Of a DNA stretch of 64,000 nt, positions 50,086-60,022 are shown one piece after another. The DNA is from an uncultured Methanosarcinales archaeon. Its GTDB lineage: Archaea > Halobacteriota > Methanosarcinia > Methanotrichales > Methanotrichaceae. The position numbers and the translations under genes were made by a program. The notes beneath the pieces are model-generated. The model worked only from the letters and a program-made list of their open reading frames with translations. It was not told where the DNA came from and searched no databases. Each line of letters begins with the position of its first letter. Position 1 is the first letter of the stretch. Location of the stretch: positions 1-64,000 of the forward strand of contig CAWJKV010000014.1 of assembly GCA_963843555.1 (NCBI GenBank). The letters are read 5' to 3'.

Positions 50086-51642
50086 ATGATATTAATCAAA
50101 TCAAATTCGTGTAGAGCGGAACCAGCGGAACGCAAGGGCTTCTCTGCAATAGCTAGTACGGTGCTCATTTACGGGGTCATTTCCATCCTTATGCATGGCC
50201 TGGTCTTGAGTGCGCCTGTCTTGGCAGGCACGGAAACGGGCGAGTTCTGCCCCACCTGCCCTGACTGGAGCGACATGGATGGCTGGCTGGCGAAGAAGGC
50301 GGCATATGATCAAGAACAACAGAACGTTAAGCTCAATGTCCAGCAGATCCTACCTGAGACTCAGAATGCAGATCCGGCTCCCGTTCAGAATACCAATGCA
50401 TCCGTCCAGAGAGACTATTCTCCAGCTCGGACATCCAGGTTTGCCGAGGCGCTCGTATCTCCGACAGAGGTCTCGCCTGAAGACGTTGTGCTGGACATCA
50501 GCCCCAGCGCTACAAAATACATAGACGGTGCTGTGAATGTCAACTACGAGGGCTTTATGGGCGAAGGCGGTCAGCTCAAGCCCATCTCAGAAATTGCCTC
50601 GTTGCTTGGCGATGCAGGCATATCCCGCAACGACTCTCTGGTGATTGCAGGCGAGTGTCTTCCCTGTGGTGGCGGTCCATCCCCGGCAGTCTTCACCTAT
50701 TGGCTGCTGAAGTACTTGGGGCATGAAAAAGTAAGAGTTCTGGACGGCAGCATCGAGGACTGGACGGCGGCCGGGCTAAATACCAGCAATAAGTCTGCCA
50801 CAAGGCCGAAGACGAACTACACTCTCCTGCTTATGCCGGAGCTTCTTGCTACCTTTGACTATGTCGTTAACGGCGGGGCCCAAATCGTGGACGCCAGGCC
50901 TGCCGTAGACTTCGGCATGGGTTCTATTCCCGGAGCCGTAAACATTCCCTATGAGAATGTGATCGAGAATGAGAGAATAAAGCCCGAAGAGGATCTGCAG
51001 AGGGCTTTCATAGAGCTGGAGAAGGACCGGCCTGTCGTGGTTTATACCAATGTAGGCGTTGAGGCCTCACTGGTATGGTTTGCTTTGACCCTATCTGGCT
51101 ACGATGCCAGGCTATACTCCTGGCGTGACTGGACTGAAAATCTGCCCAAGTTCGGATTCGAGCTGGAGAATGTTGAGGCCCAGCCCAACCCAGTTCAGTC
51201 CGGCTCGACTACGACTATAACGGCATCTTTCCAGGAGTCGCAGACTAATGCTACAGAGAATTCATCGCAAAACGGCGAGACCAAGCTCACGATTAAGGGA
51301 TGCTCTACCTGCGGATTTGAGGGTTTCGCTCTCGGCACCTCAGGCGCCTCCGGGGCCTCCGGGAATAATTCTGGGATAGTCCAACTTGGTTCATCCGGCA
51401 AGACATCGCAGGCAGGCGGGGTGCAGGCTGTCGATAGCGCCTTGCGCTGCACCGCCATAATTAACAGCCCTGACGGCACCGAGGTAGCAAGGACGAGCCT
51501 GCTGCGCACCTCCGCATACCAATATATGGGGATCTGGAATGCCAATGTGGCACCCGGGATTTACAAAGTGAGTATATCGGCCACAGCCTCTGGCAGCGCA
51601 AAGACCTTTGCAGATGTCCTGGAGATAGAGGTAACCCTTTAG
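50086..51642 (+). CDS. Exported tandem rhodanese-domain protein 2 with C-terminal Ig-like extension
   Basis: N-terminal TM; CPTC, GECLPCGGGP, VDAR, YTNVG loop, CSTC. Confidence 0.82.
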   Translation: MILIKSNSCRAEPAERKGFSAIASTVLIYGVISILMHGLVLSAPVLAGTETGEFCPTCPDWSDMDGWLAKKAAYDQEQQNVKLNVQQILPETQNADPAPVQNTNASVQRDYSPARTSRFAEALVSPTEVSPEDVVLDISPSATKYIDGAVNVNYEGFMGEGGQLKPISEIASLLGDAGISRNDSLVIAGECLPCGGGPSPAVFTYWLLKYLGHEKVRVLDGSIEDWTAAGLNTSNKSATRPKTNYTLLLMPELLATFDYVVNGGAQIVDARPAVDFGMGSIPGAVNIPYENVIENERIKPEEDLQRAFIELEKDRPVVVYTNVGVEASLVWFALTLSGYDARLYSWRDWTENLPKFGFELENVEAQPNPVQSGSTTTITASFQESQTNATENSSQNGETKLTIKGCSTCGFEGFALGTSGASGASGNNSGIVQLGSSGKTSQAGGVQAVDSALRCTAIINSPDGTEVARTSLLRTSAYQYMGIWNANVAPGIYKVSISATASGSAKTFADVLEIEVTL

Positions 51643-51827
51643 GGCCAGGATGGCTGGCCGGTCTTTATTTATTGCATCAAAGCTTGCCTTTCTCCACCGT
51701 ACAGACCACCGCTCCCTAGCCGCAGTTTTTCTGAATCCTTCATCTCTGATTATTTAAGATTCTCTGAAAATCAGAAAATCTCTTTTATTCCTACTCCATG
51801 CCATCGACCCAGCCAAAGCAATATTTC

Positions 51828-51847
51828 ATATCGATAAAAATTGATGC
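51828..51847. promoter_or_regulatory. Possible class A operator (weaker copy)
   Basis: ATATCG-N8-TGATGC. Confidence 0.4.
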
Positions 51848-51943
51848 GTAATTCTCAAAACAAATACGATTTTGGATTCTAAAATCAATTTAATGCGACG
51901 CACATCAAATCCTGGCAGAATTCAGATAAAGCGCAAGCATTAT

Positions 51944-51963
51944 ATATCGGCAAAGATTGATAT
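51944..51963. promoter_or_regulatory. Class A ArsR-type operator overlapping TATA box
   Basis: ATATCG-N8-TGATAT overlapping TTATATA, 14 nt before ATG 51978. Confidence 0.65.
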
Positions 51964-51977
51964 GATCTGCGATTATC

Positions 51978-52271
51978 ATGGGACTGAAAGATAAGATCTT
52001 CGGAGATAAGGCCAGCAGCGGTTGCTGCTGCGGCACGCGCATCGTCGGCCTGAGGCAGATCAACGTCGGGGGACGCAACACGGGAATTATGGGAATGGAC
52101 GAGACCTTCCAGGAATACTTTAAAAAGGGAAAGAAGCCCGAGGATTCTACCGGAGATGAGATGGTCGAGGATTTAAAGAAGCTCAATTTCATCGCCGAGG
52201 ATGCTGAGAAGATGTATAAAGAGGCTTTTTTGAGAGAGTATCAAAGGTTCTACGAATCCAGGAAGAAATGA
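51978..52271 (+). CDS. Small hypothetical protein with CCC motif
   Basis: SGCCCG; first gene of the arsR2 unit. Confidence 0.75.
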   Translation: MGLKDKIFGDKASSGCCCGTRIVGLRQINVGGRNTGIMGMDETFQEYFKKGKKPEDSTGDEMVEDLKKLNFIAEDAEKMYKEAFLREYQRFYESRKK

Positions 52272-52301
52272 ACTCCGCAGAAGGGAATGGTGACATCAAT
52301 A

Positions 52302-52716
52302 GTGACCGGCAAAGAAGGTTTGCGAGGATTCAAAGATCGATGAGGATGCAATATGCAGCCTGGCGAGGCTCATCGGAGACACGGACAAAGCCCGAGCCAG
52401 GACCAGGAAGCTCGCCTCATTGATGAAGAATATCGAGATGGAAGGCCCGGAAGGAGAGGTCGATGTCTTCAAGGCGGCTGCCGACCCCTGCCGGCTCAGG
52501 ATTCTTAAGCTTCTCAAAGAAGGAGAACTCTGTGTCTGCGAGATCATGACCGCCCTTAAAAAACCTCAATCCTCCACCTCCCATCATTTGTCCATTTTGA
52601 GAGAGGCGGGACTTGTCAAAGAGCGCAGAGACGGCAAATGGTCCTATTATCGACTTGCGGATGGAGCGGTCAATGAGATGGTCAAACAGGCCGGAGCACT
52701 AAAGAAAAAACAATAA
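52302..52716 (+). CDS. arsR: ArsR regulator 2 (true start probably GTG 52302, disrupted by a +1 indel; ORF track starts at 52420)
   Basis: FKAAADPCRL, ELCVCEI, QSSTSHHL; frame stays open upstream to 52306. Confidence 0.85.
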
Positions 52717-52722
52717 AAATTT

Positions 52723-53637
52723 TTGAAGGATATAAAAATGTTTTGGGAAGACTTAGCGGTAGCGGCGAATTTCTTCGTGGAAATCGCTGTAGAATTGATC
52801 GTTTTATTCATAGGCATAACCTTTCTCGTGGGGCTAATACAGGAGTACGTACCGGATGAGACCATAAAGAAGGTCCTTGGTGGGCAGCACAAAATTCTGG
52901 GCAGCATCCTTGGGGCTGGATTCGGCGCTCTTACGCCATTTTGTTCCTGCTCGACCATACCTCTCCTCCTGGGAATGCTCAACGCCGGCGTGCCCTTTGC
53001 ATCTGCAATGTCATTCTTGTTCGCTTCTCCGCTGCTGAACCCGGTGATAATATCATTGTTCGTCATTTTGATGGGATGGAAGATAACTGCGCTCTACTTT
53101 GCCGTCACCTTTGTGGGCGCAATTGCCATCGGTCTCTTGCTCGATAGCCTCGGCTTTGCCAGTCAGGTGAAATCCGTGGCCGCAGTACGAAGCTGCTGTG
53201 ACTGCCAGCAGGCAGCGGATGCGAAATCGAGGATACAACGCTCTGCTGCAAATGCATTCAGTTTATTCCGCCAACTCGTGCCCTATCTCCTGTTAGGCGC
53301 AGGCATTGGTGCATTCATTCATGGATTCGTTCCTACGGAGATCATCACCCGCTTCGCAGGGCCGGACAATCCCTTGGCCGTTCCTGTGGCCGCTCTCATA
53401 GGCATTCCCATCTACATCCGGGCCGAGACCATGATCCCCATCGGCCTGGTCCTCACGGAGAAAGGCATGAGCGTGGGGGCCGTCCTGGCACTGGTTATCG
53501 GCGGAGCGGGGGCGAGCATCCCTGAGCTGACGCTTCTATCGGCCATATTCGAGAAGAAGCTGCTGGCAGCCTTCGTGCTTACTATCTTCAGCATAGCGGT
53601 GGCTGCGGGATATCTGGCCAATTTGCTGGTAGCTTAG
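52723..53637 (+). CDS. ArsP-type (DUF318) permease
   Basis: TPFCSCSTIP, SPLLNP, CCDC loop, GAGASIP. Confidence 0.88.
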   Translation: MKDIKMFWEDLAVAANFFVEIAVELIVLFIGITFLVGLIQEYVPDETIKKVLGGQHKILGSILGAGFGALTPFCSCSTIPLLLGMLNAGVPFASAMSFLFASPLLNPVIISLFVILMGWKITALYFAVTFVGAIAIGLLLDSLGFASQVKSVAAVRSCCDCQQAADAKSRIQRSAANAFSLFRQLVPYLLLGAGIGAFIHGFVPTEIITRFAGPDNPLAVPVAALIGIPIYIRAETMIPIGLVLTEKGMSVGAVLALVIGGAGASIPELTLLSAIFEKKLLAAFVLTIFSIAVAAGYLANLLVA

Positions 53638-53740
53638 GTAAGAAATGCGACGATATTTCGCCAATGATGCCTGCTGGTGTCAGAAGGCGAAATAACTTCC
53701 TTTTATGAGTGAATATTTTCCGATGCTTCGAGCCATAACA

Positions 53741-53768
53741 TTCATATATGCACATTTGCACATGTATA
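53741..53768. promoter_or_regulatory. Class B operator upstream of acr3
   Basis: TTCATATATG-N10-CATGTATA. Confidence 0.65.
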
Positions 53769-53948
53769 AGAAAAAGGCCAAAAGCTAAATGGCAATGGCA
53801 GATGCATGATGAAATTCGGGCTCATTTGGGGAAACATGGACGGGTCTCTAAGCAAATCGTCGCAGAGGAGTTTCCTTGATGATCGCGCCAATAATTATAC
53901 GGCATGTTATGCCCCAACTCATTGGAATAGTTAAAAGAGGTCTTAATC

Positions 53949-55046
53949 GTGAACTCAAATAAAAAACTCTCATTCCTGGATACATATCTGACCCTTTGGA
54001 TATTTTTAGCCATGGCTCTTGGCATTGCATTAGGGTATTTCTTTCCAGCCGTTCCGAAGGCGATCACAGGGCTTTCCATTGGCACTACATCAATACCTAT
54101 TGCCATTGGATTGATCCTTATGATGTACCCTCCATTAGCGAAAGTCAGATATGAAGAACTCGGAAGAGTCTTCAAGGATACAAAGGTTCTGGGTCTTTCG
54201 CTTGTGCAAAACTGGATTGTCGGTCCCGTGCTCATGTTTGTCTTGGCGGTGATCTTCCTCCAAGACTATCCCCATTACATGTATGGTCTGATACTGGTTG
54301 GGCTGGCCAGGTGCATCGCCATGGTGATAGTCTGGAACGATCTGGCGGGCGGAGACTGTGAGTACTGTGCTTCCATCGTGGGTTTGAACTCTGTCTTCCA
54401 GGTTTTCTTCTACTCCATATATGCCTATATTTTCCTAACCGTACTGCCTTCAGCGTTGGGCATCGCTGAAGGAGTCGCAGTCAATGTGACCATGGGCGAG
54501 ATCGCAAAGAGCGTTTTCATCTATCTGGGCATACCATTCATTGCTGGTATTATCACCAGATACGTGTTGATCAGATCCAGAGGAAAGAGCTGGTACGAGA
54601 ACAAATTCATCCCTCGAATATCACCTATTACCCTCATTGCTCTGCTTTTCACCATCGTGGTGATGTTCTCGCTAAAAGGGGAGTATATTGTAGGGGTCCC
54701 ACTGGACGTAGTGAGAATCGCCATACCACTGACCATATACTTCGCATTGATGTTTTTCATAAGCTTTTACATGGCATACAAATCGGGAATCGATTACCAA
54801 AGAAGTACCAGTCTTTCATTCACCGCTGCCTCCAACAATTTTGAGCTGGCCATTGCTGTGGCAATAGGTGTCTTTGGCATAAGTTCCGGCGAAGCATTCG
54901 CAACAGTTATCGGACCTCTCGTGGAGGTGCCAGTAATGATCTTACTGGTCAGAGTAGCCCTATATTTGAAGGAGCGGTGGTATAAAAACAGAGAAGATGC
55001 GAGCTGCAATCTTGCTGCAAAATGCAAATCAATGGAGGTTAATTAA
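53949..55046 (+). CDS. acr3: Acr3 arsenite efflux transporter
   Basis: [50 protein letters not shown]. Confidence 0.96.
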   Translation: MNSNKKLSFLDTYLTLWIFLAMALGIALGYFFPAVPKAITGLSIGTTSIPIAIGLILMMYPPLAKVRYEELGRVFKDTKVLGLSLVQNWIVGPVLMFVLAVIFLQDYPHYMYGLILVGLARCIAMVIVWNDLAGGDCEYCASIVGLNSVFQVFFYSIYAYIFLTVLPSALGIAEGVAVNVTMGEIAKSVFIYLGIPFIAGIITRYVLIRSRGKSWYENKFIPRISPITLIALLFTIVVMFSLKGEYIVGVPLDVVRIAIPLTIYFALMFFISFYMAYKSGIDYQRSTSLSFTAASNNFELAIAVAIGVFGISSGEAFATVIGPLVEVPVMILLVRVALYLKERWYKNREDASCNLAAKCKSMEVN

Positions 55047-55072
55047 TCCTAAGTCGACTCCGGCCACAACAT

Positions 55073-55100
55073 TCATATATGCGCATTCTCACATATATGA
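55073..55100. promoter_or_regulatory. Class B operator upstream of the CMD-ccdA-nosD-arsDA unit
   Basis: Perfect inverted repeat TCATATATG-N10-CATATATGA. Confidence 0.75.
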
Positions 55101-55202
55101 TGAAGAGACCAAAAGCTCAACTGCAATCGCCGAATGCGTGATAAAATTCGTGCCCTTGCGAAAACACTGCCTGTAGCTCCAATCAAATTGGAAAGAGGAG
55201 CA

Positions 55203-55469
55203 ATGAAAATGAACGAAAACACAAAAGAACTCGTTGCCATTGGGGCGTCTTTAGCCGCTCATTGTCAACCCTGCCTGACCTTTCATGTCGACAAGGCTAG
55301 AAAACTTGGAATTGGAGAAGATGAGATCAATGAAGCCATCGCTGTGGGGCGCATGATCCGGAAAGGGGCCATGTCGGCCATGGACAGGTTTGCCGAAAGC
55401 GTTGTTGCAGCTCCGGAAAACAAACCTTCCCCATGTTGCGACAATGCTGCGGGCAATTGCTGCAGTTAA
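55203..55469 (+). CDS. Carboxymuconolactone decarboxylase/AhpD-family protein
   Basis: KELVAIGASLAAHCQPCL..H; C-terminal CC pairs; SD GAGGAG. Confidence 0.85.
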   Translation: MKMNENTKELVAIGASLAAHCQPCLTFHVDKARKLGIGEDEINEAIAVGRMIRKGAMSAMDRFAESVVAAPENKPSPCCDNAAGNCCS

Positions 55470-55490
55470 CAGTAAGGAGGAGATAACACC

Positions 55491-56126
55491 ATGAAGAATG
55501 ACAATCGGGAGCCTACTTCATCTGCAAATCAGGCTGAAAGAGCATCAGAATGCGGACCGGGATGCAATTGCGGGGGAACCAGAATCGGCACAAAGGGCAA
55601 GGTGATCATTTGTCTGGTTGTCGCCATTGCTGCCGTAATCGTTTTGGCGAATAGCGTTATGCAGAAAGCGGAAACGGGCGCTGATGGGGGATTAAATGCA
55701 TTCACCCTAAACGTGCTGGCAGCCAAGAACGACACGGCCGAAAATACGAGTGAAGCGAATTGGGATGAGCCACTGGTATCGCTTGCATCCATCAGAGATT
55801 TGAGTTCCCAGAAAGACGCGTTCTTCATTTATCTGCCCGCCAAGGGTCAGAGCCCTAATGAAACTGTCAAGAAAGAAATCGAAGCCACAGCAGAGAAGGC
55901 GCAATCACAGGGAACAAGGATGGCAGTATTCGTACTGGATGAAGGCTCTCAGGATTATGCCCAGTTGACCAGTCAAGTGCCTGTTCCATGCGTGCTGGCA
56001 GCGATCAACGGAACTGGCAAAATCGCTGCCACCACTAAAATATCGGAAGCGGATCTGCTGCAATCTCTCGTGACGGCATCGCGACCATCAGGCTGCGCTC
56101 CAGGGGGCTGTGCTGTGCCATGCTAA
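55491..56126 (+). CDS. Membrane-anchored Cys-rich hypothetical protein
   Basis: CGPGCNC before one TM helix; C-terminal GCAPGGCAVPC; SD AAGGAGG. Confidence 0.75.
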   Translation: MKNDNREPTSSANQAERASECGPGCNCGGTRIGTKGKVIICLVVAIAAVIVLANSVMQKAETGADGGLNAFTLNVLAAKNDTAENTSEANWDEPLVSLASIRDLSSQKDAFFIYLPAKGQSPNETVKKEIEATAEKAQSQGTRMAVFVLDEGSQDYAQLTSQVPVPCVLAAINGTGKIAATTKISEADLLQSLVTASRPSGCAPGGCAVPC

Positions 56127-56144
56127 TAATTAGGAGGGATCTGA

Positions 56145-56861
56145 TTGGACTGGCTTCTATATCCTGCTGAATGGGCCAAGACCGCGCTAGAACAGGCAGG
56201 AATGGGCCCGATGGCACTGCCTTTGGCCTTTCTTTTGGGCCTGGCCAGCGCAGTGGCAAGCACCTGTTGCACCTTACCGGTGTTTGGCGCCATCGTCGGA
56301 TACGCCGGAATGCAAGAGGCAAACGATCGGCGCTCCAATCTGCTTGGTGCTTTCTTCTTCATGCTCGGCTCGATCATAGCTCTGCTGATTTTCGGGAGTG
56401 TCGCCGGGCTGATCGGTCAGGTCGCCCAGAGCGTCCTTGGAAATTACTGGAAGGTTTTCGCGGGAGTTGTTGCCATCATCGTCGGGCTCGGTGCCCTGAA
56501 TCTCCTTCCTCTCAAGATCCCAGGGATAAAGAACAGGGCAATAGAAACTCGAAAACGAGGATTTCTGGGAGCAGCGGCAGTCGGACTCATCATAGGCGGA
56601 GCGGTGAGCGTATGCTCTTTGGGCTGCAATCCCGGGATTTTCATCATCCTGGGTGTCGCTGTACTGCAGGGATATACGCTCTGGATGTTCGGCATTCTGG
56701 GTGCTTACGCTGTCGGCTTCAGCCTGCCTTTAGCTGCACTCATGCTGGGTGTAACTCTTGGCAAATCAGCTATAGGATTTAAAAAAGCGGACAGTGCGAT
56801 CCGACTTGTGGCAGGAGTCGTTTTGATCACGGTAGGCTTCTATTTCCTCAGCACGTTTTGA
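56145..56861 (+). CDS. ccdA: CcdA/DsbD transmembrane-domain protein
   Basis: Six TM helices; STCCTLP and CSLGCNP Cys motifs; YAVGFSLP. Confidence 0.75.
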   Translation: MDWLLYPAEWAKTALEQAGMGPMALPLAFLLGLASAVASTCCTLPVFGAIVGYAGMQEANDRRSNLLGAFFFMLGSIIALLIFGSVAGLIGQVAQSVLGNYWKVFAGVVAIIVGLGALNLLPLKIPGIKNRAIETRKRGFLGAAAVGLIIGGAVSVCSLGCNPGIFIILGVAVLQGYTLWMFGILGAYAVGFSLPLAALMLGVTLGKSAIGFKKADSAIRLVAGVVLITVGFYFLSTF

Positions 56862-56880
56862 ATAAGGAAGTGAAAATTAC

Positions 56881-57637
56881 ATGAAGAGCAGAATCGAAGC
56901 GGATCGAATAGAAAAATCTAATTATTCAAGCATTAAGCTGGGAAGTCTCTTAATTGTCCTGATACTCGTCATGGGCTTGGTCGATGCGGCAAAGATCACA
57001 GTAGGCCCATTGGATGAAGATTACCCGCAGATCCAGAAGGCCATCGATAACTCAAGCAATGGAGATGTCATTGAAGTTCATAGCGGAACATATCGGGAAA
57101 GGGTCAAAGTTGTCAAAGCTGTAAGCTTATTGGGCCTTGACACTGGCGATGGCTTGCCAGTGATAAATGCATCAGGATCGAGCAACTCGATAACCCTGAT
57201 GGCGAATGGATCTACAGTCAAGGGATTCAATCTCACCGGATCTGGCCACTGCGGATGCGGAAGTGCGGGGATACAGGTGGTATCCAGCAATAACATGGTC
57301 CTCGATAATATCATCTATAAGAATAAGTACGGGATATATGTAAAACCGGAGAATTTCAATAACACTTTTGTATCCAACCTCCTCCTGCAAAATGAGATCT
57401 CAGCCTATGACCCGGGCAATAATTCATGGAGTAGCAGCCCAAAGGCGGAAGGGCTGCAAAAATTAGTAGAGTTGGTGGTTGGAAAGCAGATGAAGGGCAA
57501 TCATTATAGCGATTACGATGAGCCGGATGAAGGCTGCAACGACACCAATGAAGGATGGATTTTGCGATATGCCCAGGAAGATAGATGGTGGAAATTCGGT
57601 CGATCTATATCCATCATTCTCTAAAGGGAACTCCTGA
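56881..57637 (+). CDS. Exported NosD/CASH beta-helix protein 1 (+1 frameshift near 57550)
   Basis: YPQIQKAID, VHSGTYRE, HCGC insert, GNHYSD; shifted tail KDGFCDMPRKIDGG..DLYP matches the paralog. Confidence 0.8.
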
Positions 57638-57661
57638 ACTACAAGGAAGTGAAAAAATTTC

Positions 57662-58168
57662 ATGAAAGCAGAGGAAACTGGAAAGAAGAAGGGACTGCTC
57701 GGCTCCATCCTGAAAACTATAACCGGAGCCGGCAGTTGTTGCGCACCTGGAAACGATTGTTGCAGTCCGAAAGACGCAAATGCAACCGTTGAAACCGAGT
57801 ATCATGGAGAGAGGGAAATATTGATAAAAATCTATGATCCGCCAATGTGCTGCTCCAGCGGCGTCTGCGGGCCAAATGTGAACAGCGCGCTGGTGGAATT
57901 TTCCGGCGCATTGAAATCGCTTGCTGAGCAGGGAATTGGCTTTGAACGCTGGAATCTATCCCAGCAACCGCAGGCATTTGCAGAAAATTTGCAGGTGAAG
58001 GTGCTACTGACCAAACTTGGCAAGGATGCACTGCCTTTTATCTTCGTTAACGACGAACTCAAGATAACTGGGCGTTATCCAAAGTCTGAAGAGCTCTTTG
58101 CCTTGTTGGGAATTGACGATAAGACTGTGAGATCCGAGGTTTGCTGTGCAGAAGGATGCTGCAAATGA
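57662..58168 (+). CDS. arsD: Arsenite metallochaperone with N-terminal Cys-rich extension
   Basis: YDPPMCCSSGVCGP, RWNLSQQPQAF, GRYP; extra CC pairs at both ends. Confidence 0.92.
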   Translation: MKAEETGKKKGLLGSILKTITGAGSCCAPGNDCCSPKDANATVETEYHGEREILIKIYDPPMCCSSGVCGPNVNSALVEFSGALKSLAEQGIGFERWNLSQQPQAFAENLQVKVLLTKLGKDALPFIFVNDELKITGRYPKSEELFALLGIDDKTVRSEVCCAEGCCK

Positions 58169-59922
58169 AAGAGCTAATTGCAGGCGTCCCCCGATTTCTA
58201 TTTTTCACCGGAAAGGGTGGTGTCGGGAAAACATCCATGTCCTGTGTCGTCTCCTTCGCGCTGGCCGATCAAGGAAAACGGGTTTTGTTGATCAGCACCG
58301 ACCCGGCATCAAACCTGGACGAGGTGCTGGAAACGCCCCTCACCGGTCGGCCCACACCGATCAATGGCCAGCCGGGCCTGTGGGCTATGAATATCGATCC
58401 GGTTCAGGCTGCCGCCGAATATCGGGAAAGGATTGTAGGACCTTACCGGGGGGTATTGCCGGAGGATGCAGTGCAATCCATCGAAGAACAACTATCAGGA
58501 GCCTGCACGGTTGAGATCGCTGCCTTCAATGAATTCACCCGGTTCATCGGCGATGACAAGGCCGCCAGGGACTACGATCATGTTGTCCTCGATACAGCGC
58601 CCACGGGCCACACATTAAGACTGCTCAGCCTGCCTGCTGCATGGAACGATTTCGTGATCGCTAATACCAGCGGCAGCTCCTGCCTCGGTCCTCTTTCCGG
58701 CCTCAAGGATCAACGTCTCATTTATGAGGCAGCGGTGAAGTCGCTCACAAATTATCAAAAGACGCTTCTTATTCTGGTCGCCAGAGCCGAAGAGATCACA
58801 CTCAGAGAAGCCGCCCGTGCCAGTGCGGAGCTCTATCTAATAGGAATGAAGAATCAGCACCTGATTATCAACGGTCTTTTTCAAACCAAATCATCAGACC
58901 CTGTTGCCGAAGCATTTTCCCGCAAAGCCGAAGAGGCCATGGCCTGCATGCCGGAGCGGTTGGCACGGCTGCCGCGTACTGTATTCGGCAACAATCCGCA
59001 GGGCTTGACAGGTATCAAAGCCATTCGAGATGCCGTTCAAGGCAAACCTGTCATCTGCGCCCCGGATGTTGTGGAGAAACTGCGAACAGGCAGAAGTCAT
59101 CTCCTGTCCCAGACGGGACGATGGAAAGAACTGCTGGATAGCCTGGAGGAGCGCGGGACAGGGCTCATTATGACCATGGGCAAAGGCGGCGTCGGGAAGA
59201 CCTCGATAGCTGTTGCCATAGCCAGAGAACTGGCCAATCGCGGGCATCCGGTCCATCTGTCCACCACCGATCCCGCCGCTCACATTGAGGATATGCTGGA
59301 TCGACCGCTCCCCAATCTTCAGGTCAGTCGAATTGACCCCAAAGAAGAAAACCGCAAGTATGTCAAGAACATTCTTGAAGGGAAGAAAGGATCGTTATCG
59401 GACGAAGATATGGCTTTGCTGGAGGAAGAACTTCGCTCTCCTTGTATCGAAGAGATCGCCGTTTTTCGAGCATTTGCCCATGCTGTAGCCCTGGGACAGG
59501 ATAACTTTGTAGTTCTGGATACCGCTCCGACCGGCCACACCTTGCTCCTGCTGGACGCCACTCAATCCTATCACCGCGAAGTGGCAAAGAATTCTGATGG
59601 TGTTGCCGATGATGTGTTAGAACTTCTGCCGCGTTTACGTGACCCGGAATTTACCAAAATTCTTCTGGTGACGCTGCCTGAGGCGACGCCTGTTCACGAG
59701 GCAGCGCGCCTGCAGGATGATCTTCGACGGGCGCAAATTGAGCCCTTCGCCTGGATCATCAACCAGAGTTTCGCCTTATCCGGAACCACCGACACGCTTC
59801 TTGCAGCTCGCGGCGTTAATGAATTGAAATACATTGATGAAGTAGCTTCGAAGCTCGCCAAAAACGTGGTCATTTTATCATGGCGACCCGACGAAATCAA
59901 AGGTGTTGAACCTGGGGATTGA
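58165..59922 (+). CDS. arsA: Arsenical pump-driving ATPase (two-domain)
   Basis: Two GKGGVGKT and two DTAPTGH; As-ligand Cys in SGACT, SCLGP, SPCIEE. Confidence 0.96.
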   Translation: MKELIAGVPRFLFFTGKGGVGKTSMSCVVSFALADQGKRVLLISTDPASNLDEVLETPLTGRPTPINGQPGLWAMNIDPVQAAAEYRERIVGPYRGVLPEDAVQSIEEQLSGACTVEIAAFNEFTRFIGDDKAARDYDHVVLDTAPTGHTLRLLSLPAAWNDFVIANTSGSSCLGPLSGLKDQRLIYEAAVKSLTNYQKTLLILVARAEEITLREAARASAELYLIGMKNQHLIINGLFQTKSSDPVAEAFSRKAEEAMACMPERLARLPRTVFGNNPQGLTGIKAIRDAVQGKPVICAPDVVEKLRTGRSHLLSQTGRWKELLDSLEERGTGLIMTMGKGGVGKTSIAVAIARELANRGHPVHLSTTDPAAHIEDMLDRPLPNLQVSRIDPKEENRKYVKNILEGKKGSLSDEDMALLEEELRSPCIEEIAVFRAFAHAVALGQDNFVVLDTAPTGHTLLLLDATQSYHREVAKNSDGVADDVLELLPRLRDPEFTKILLVTLPEATPVHEAARLQDDLRRAQIEPFAWIINQSFALSGTTDTLLAARGVNELKYIDEVASKLAKNVVILSWRPDEIKGVEPGD

Positions 59923-60022
59923 AAGTTTCATGATAAAATTGCCCTTGAAATGAAATGCCGATTCAATGGAGTTGTCAAGAAGGTAAGGAAGTGCTTGGAT
60001 CCAAGAATCCAGGAGGAATGTA

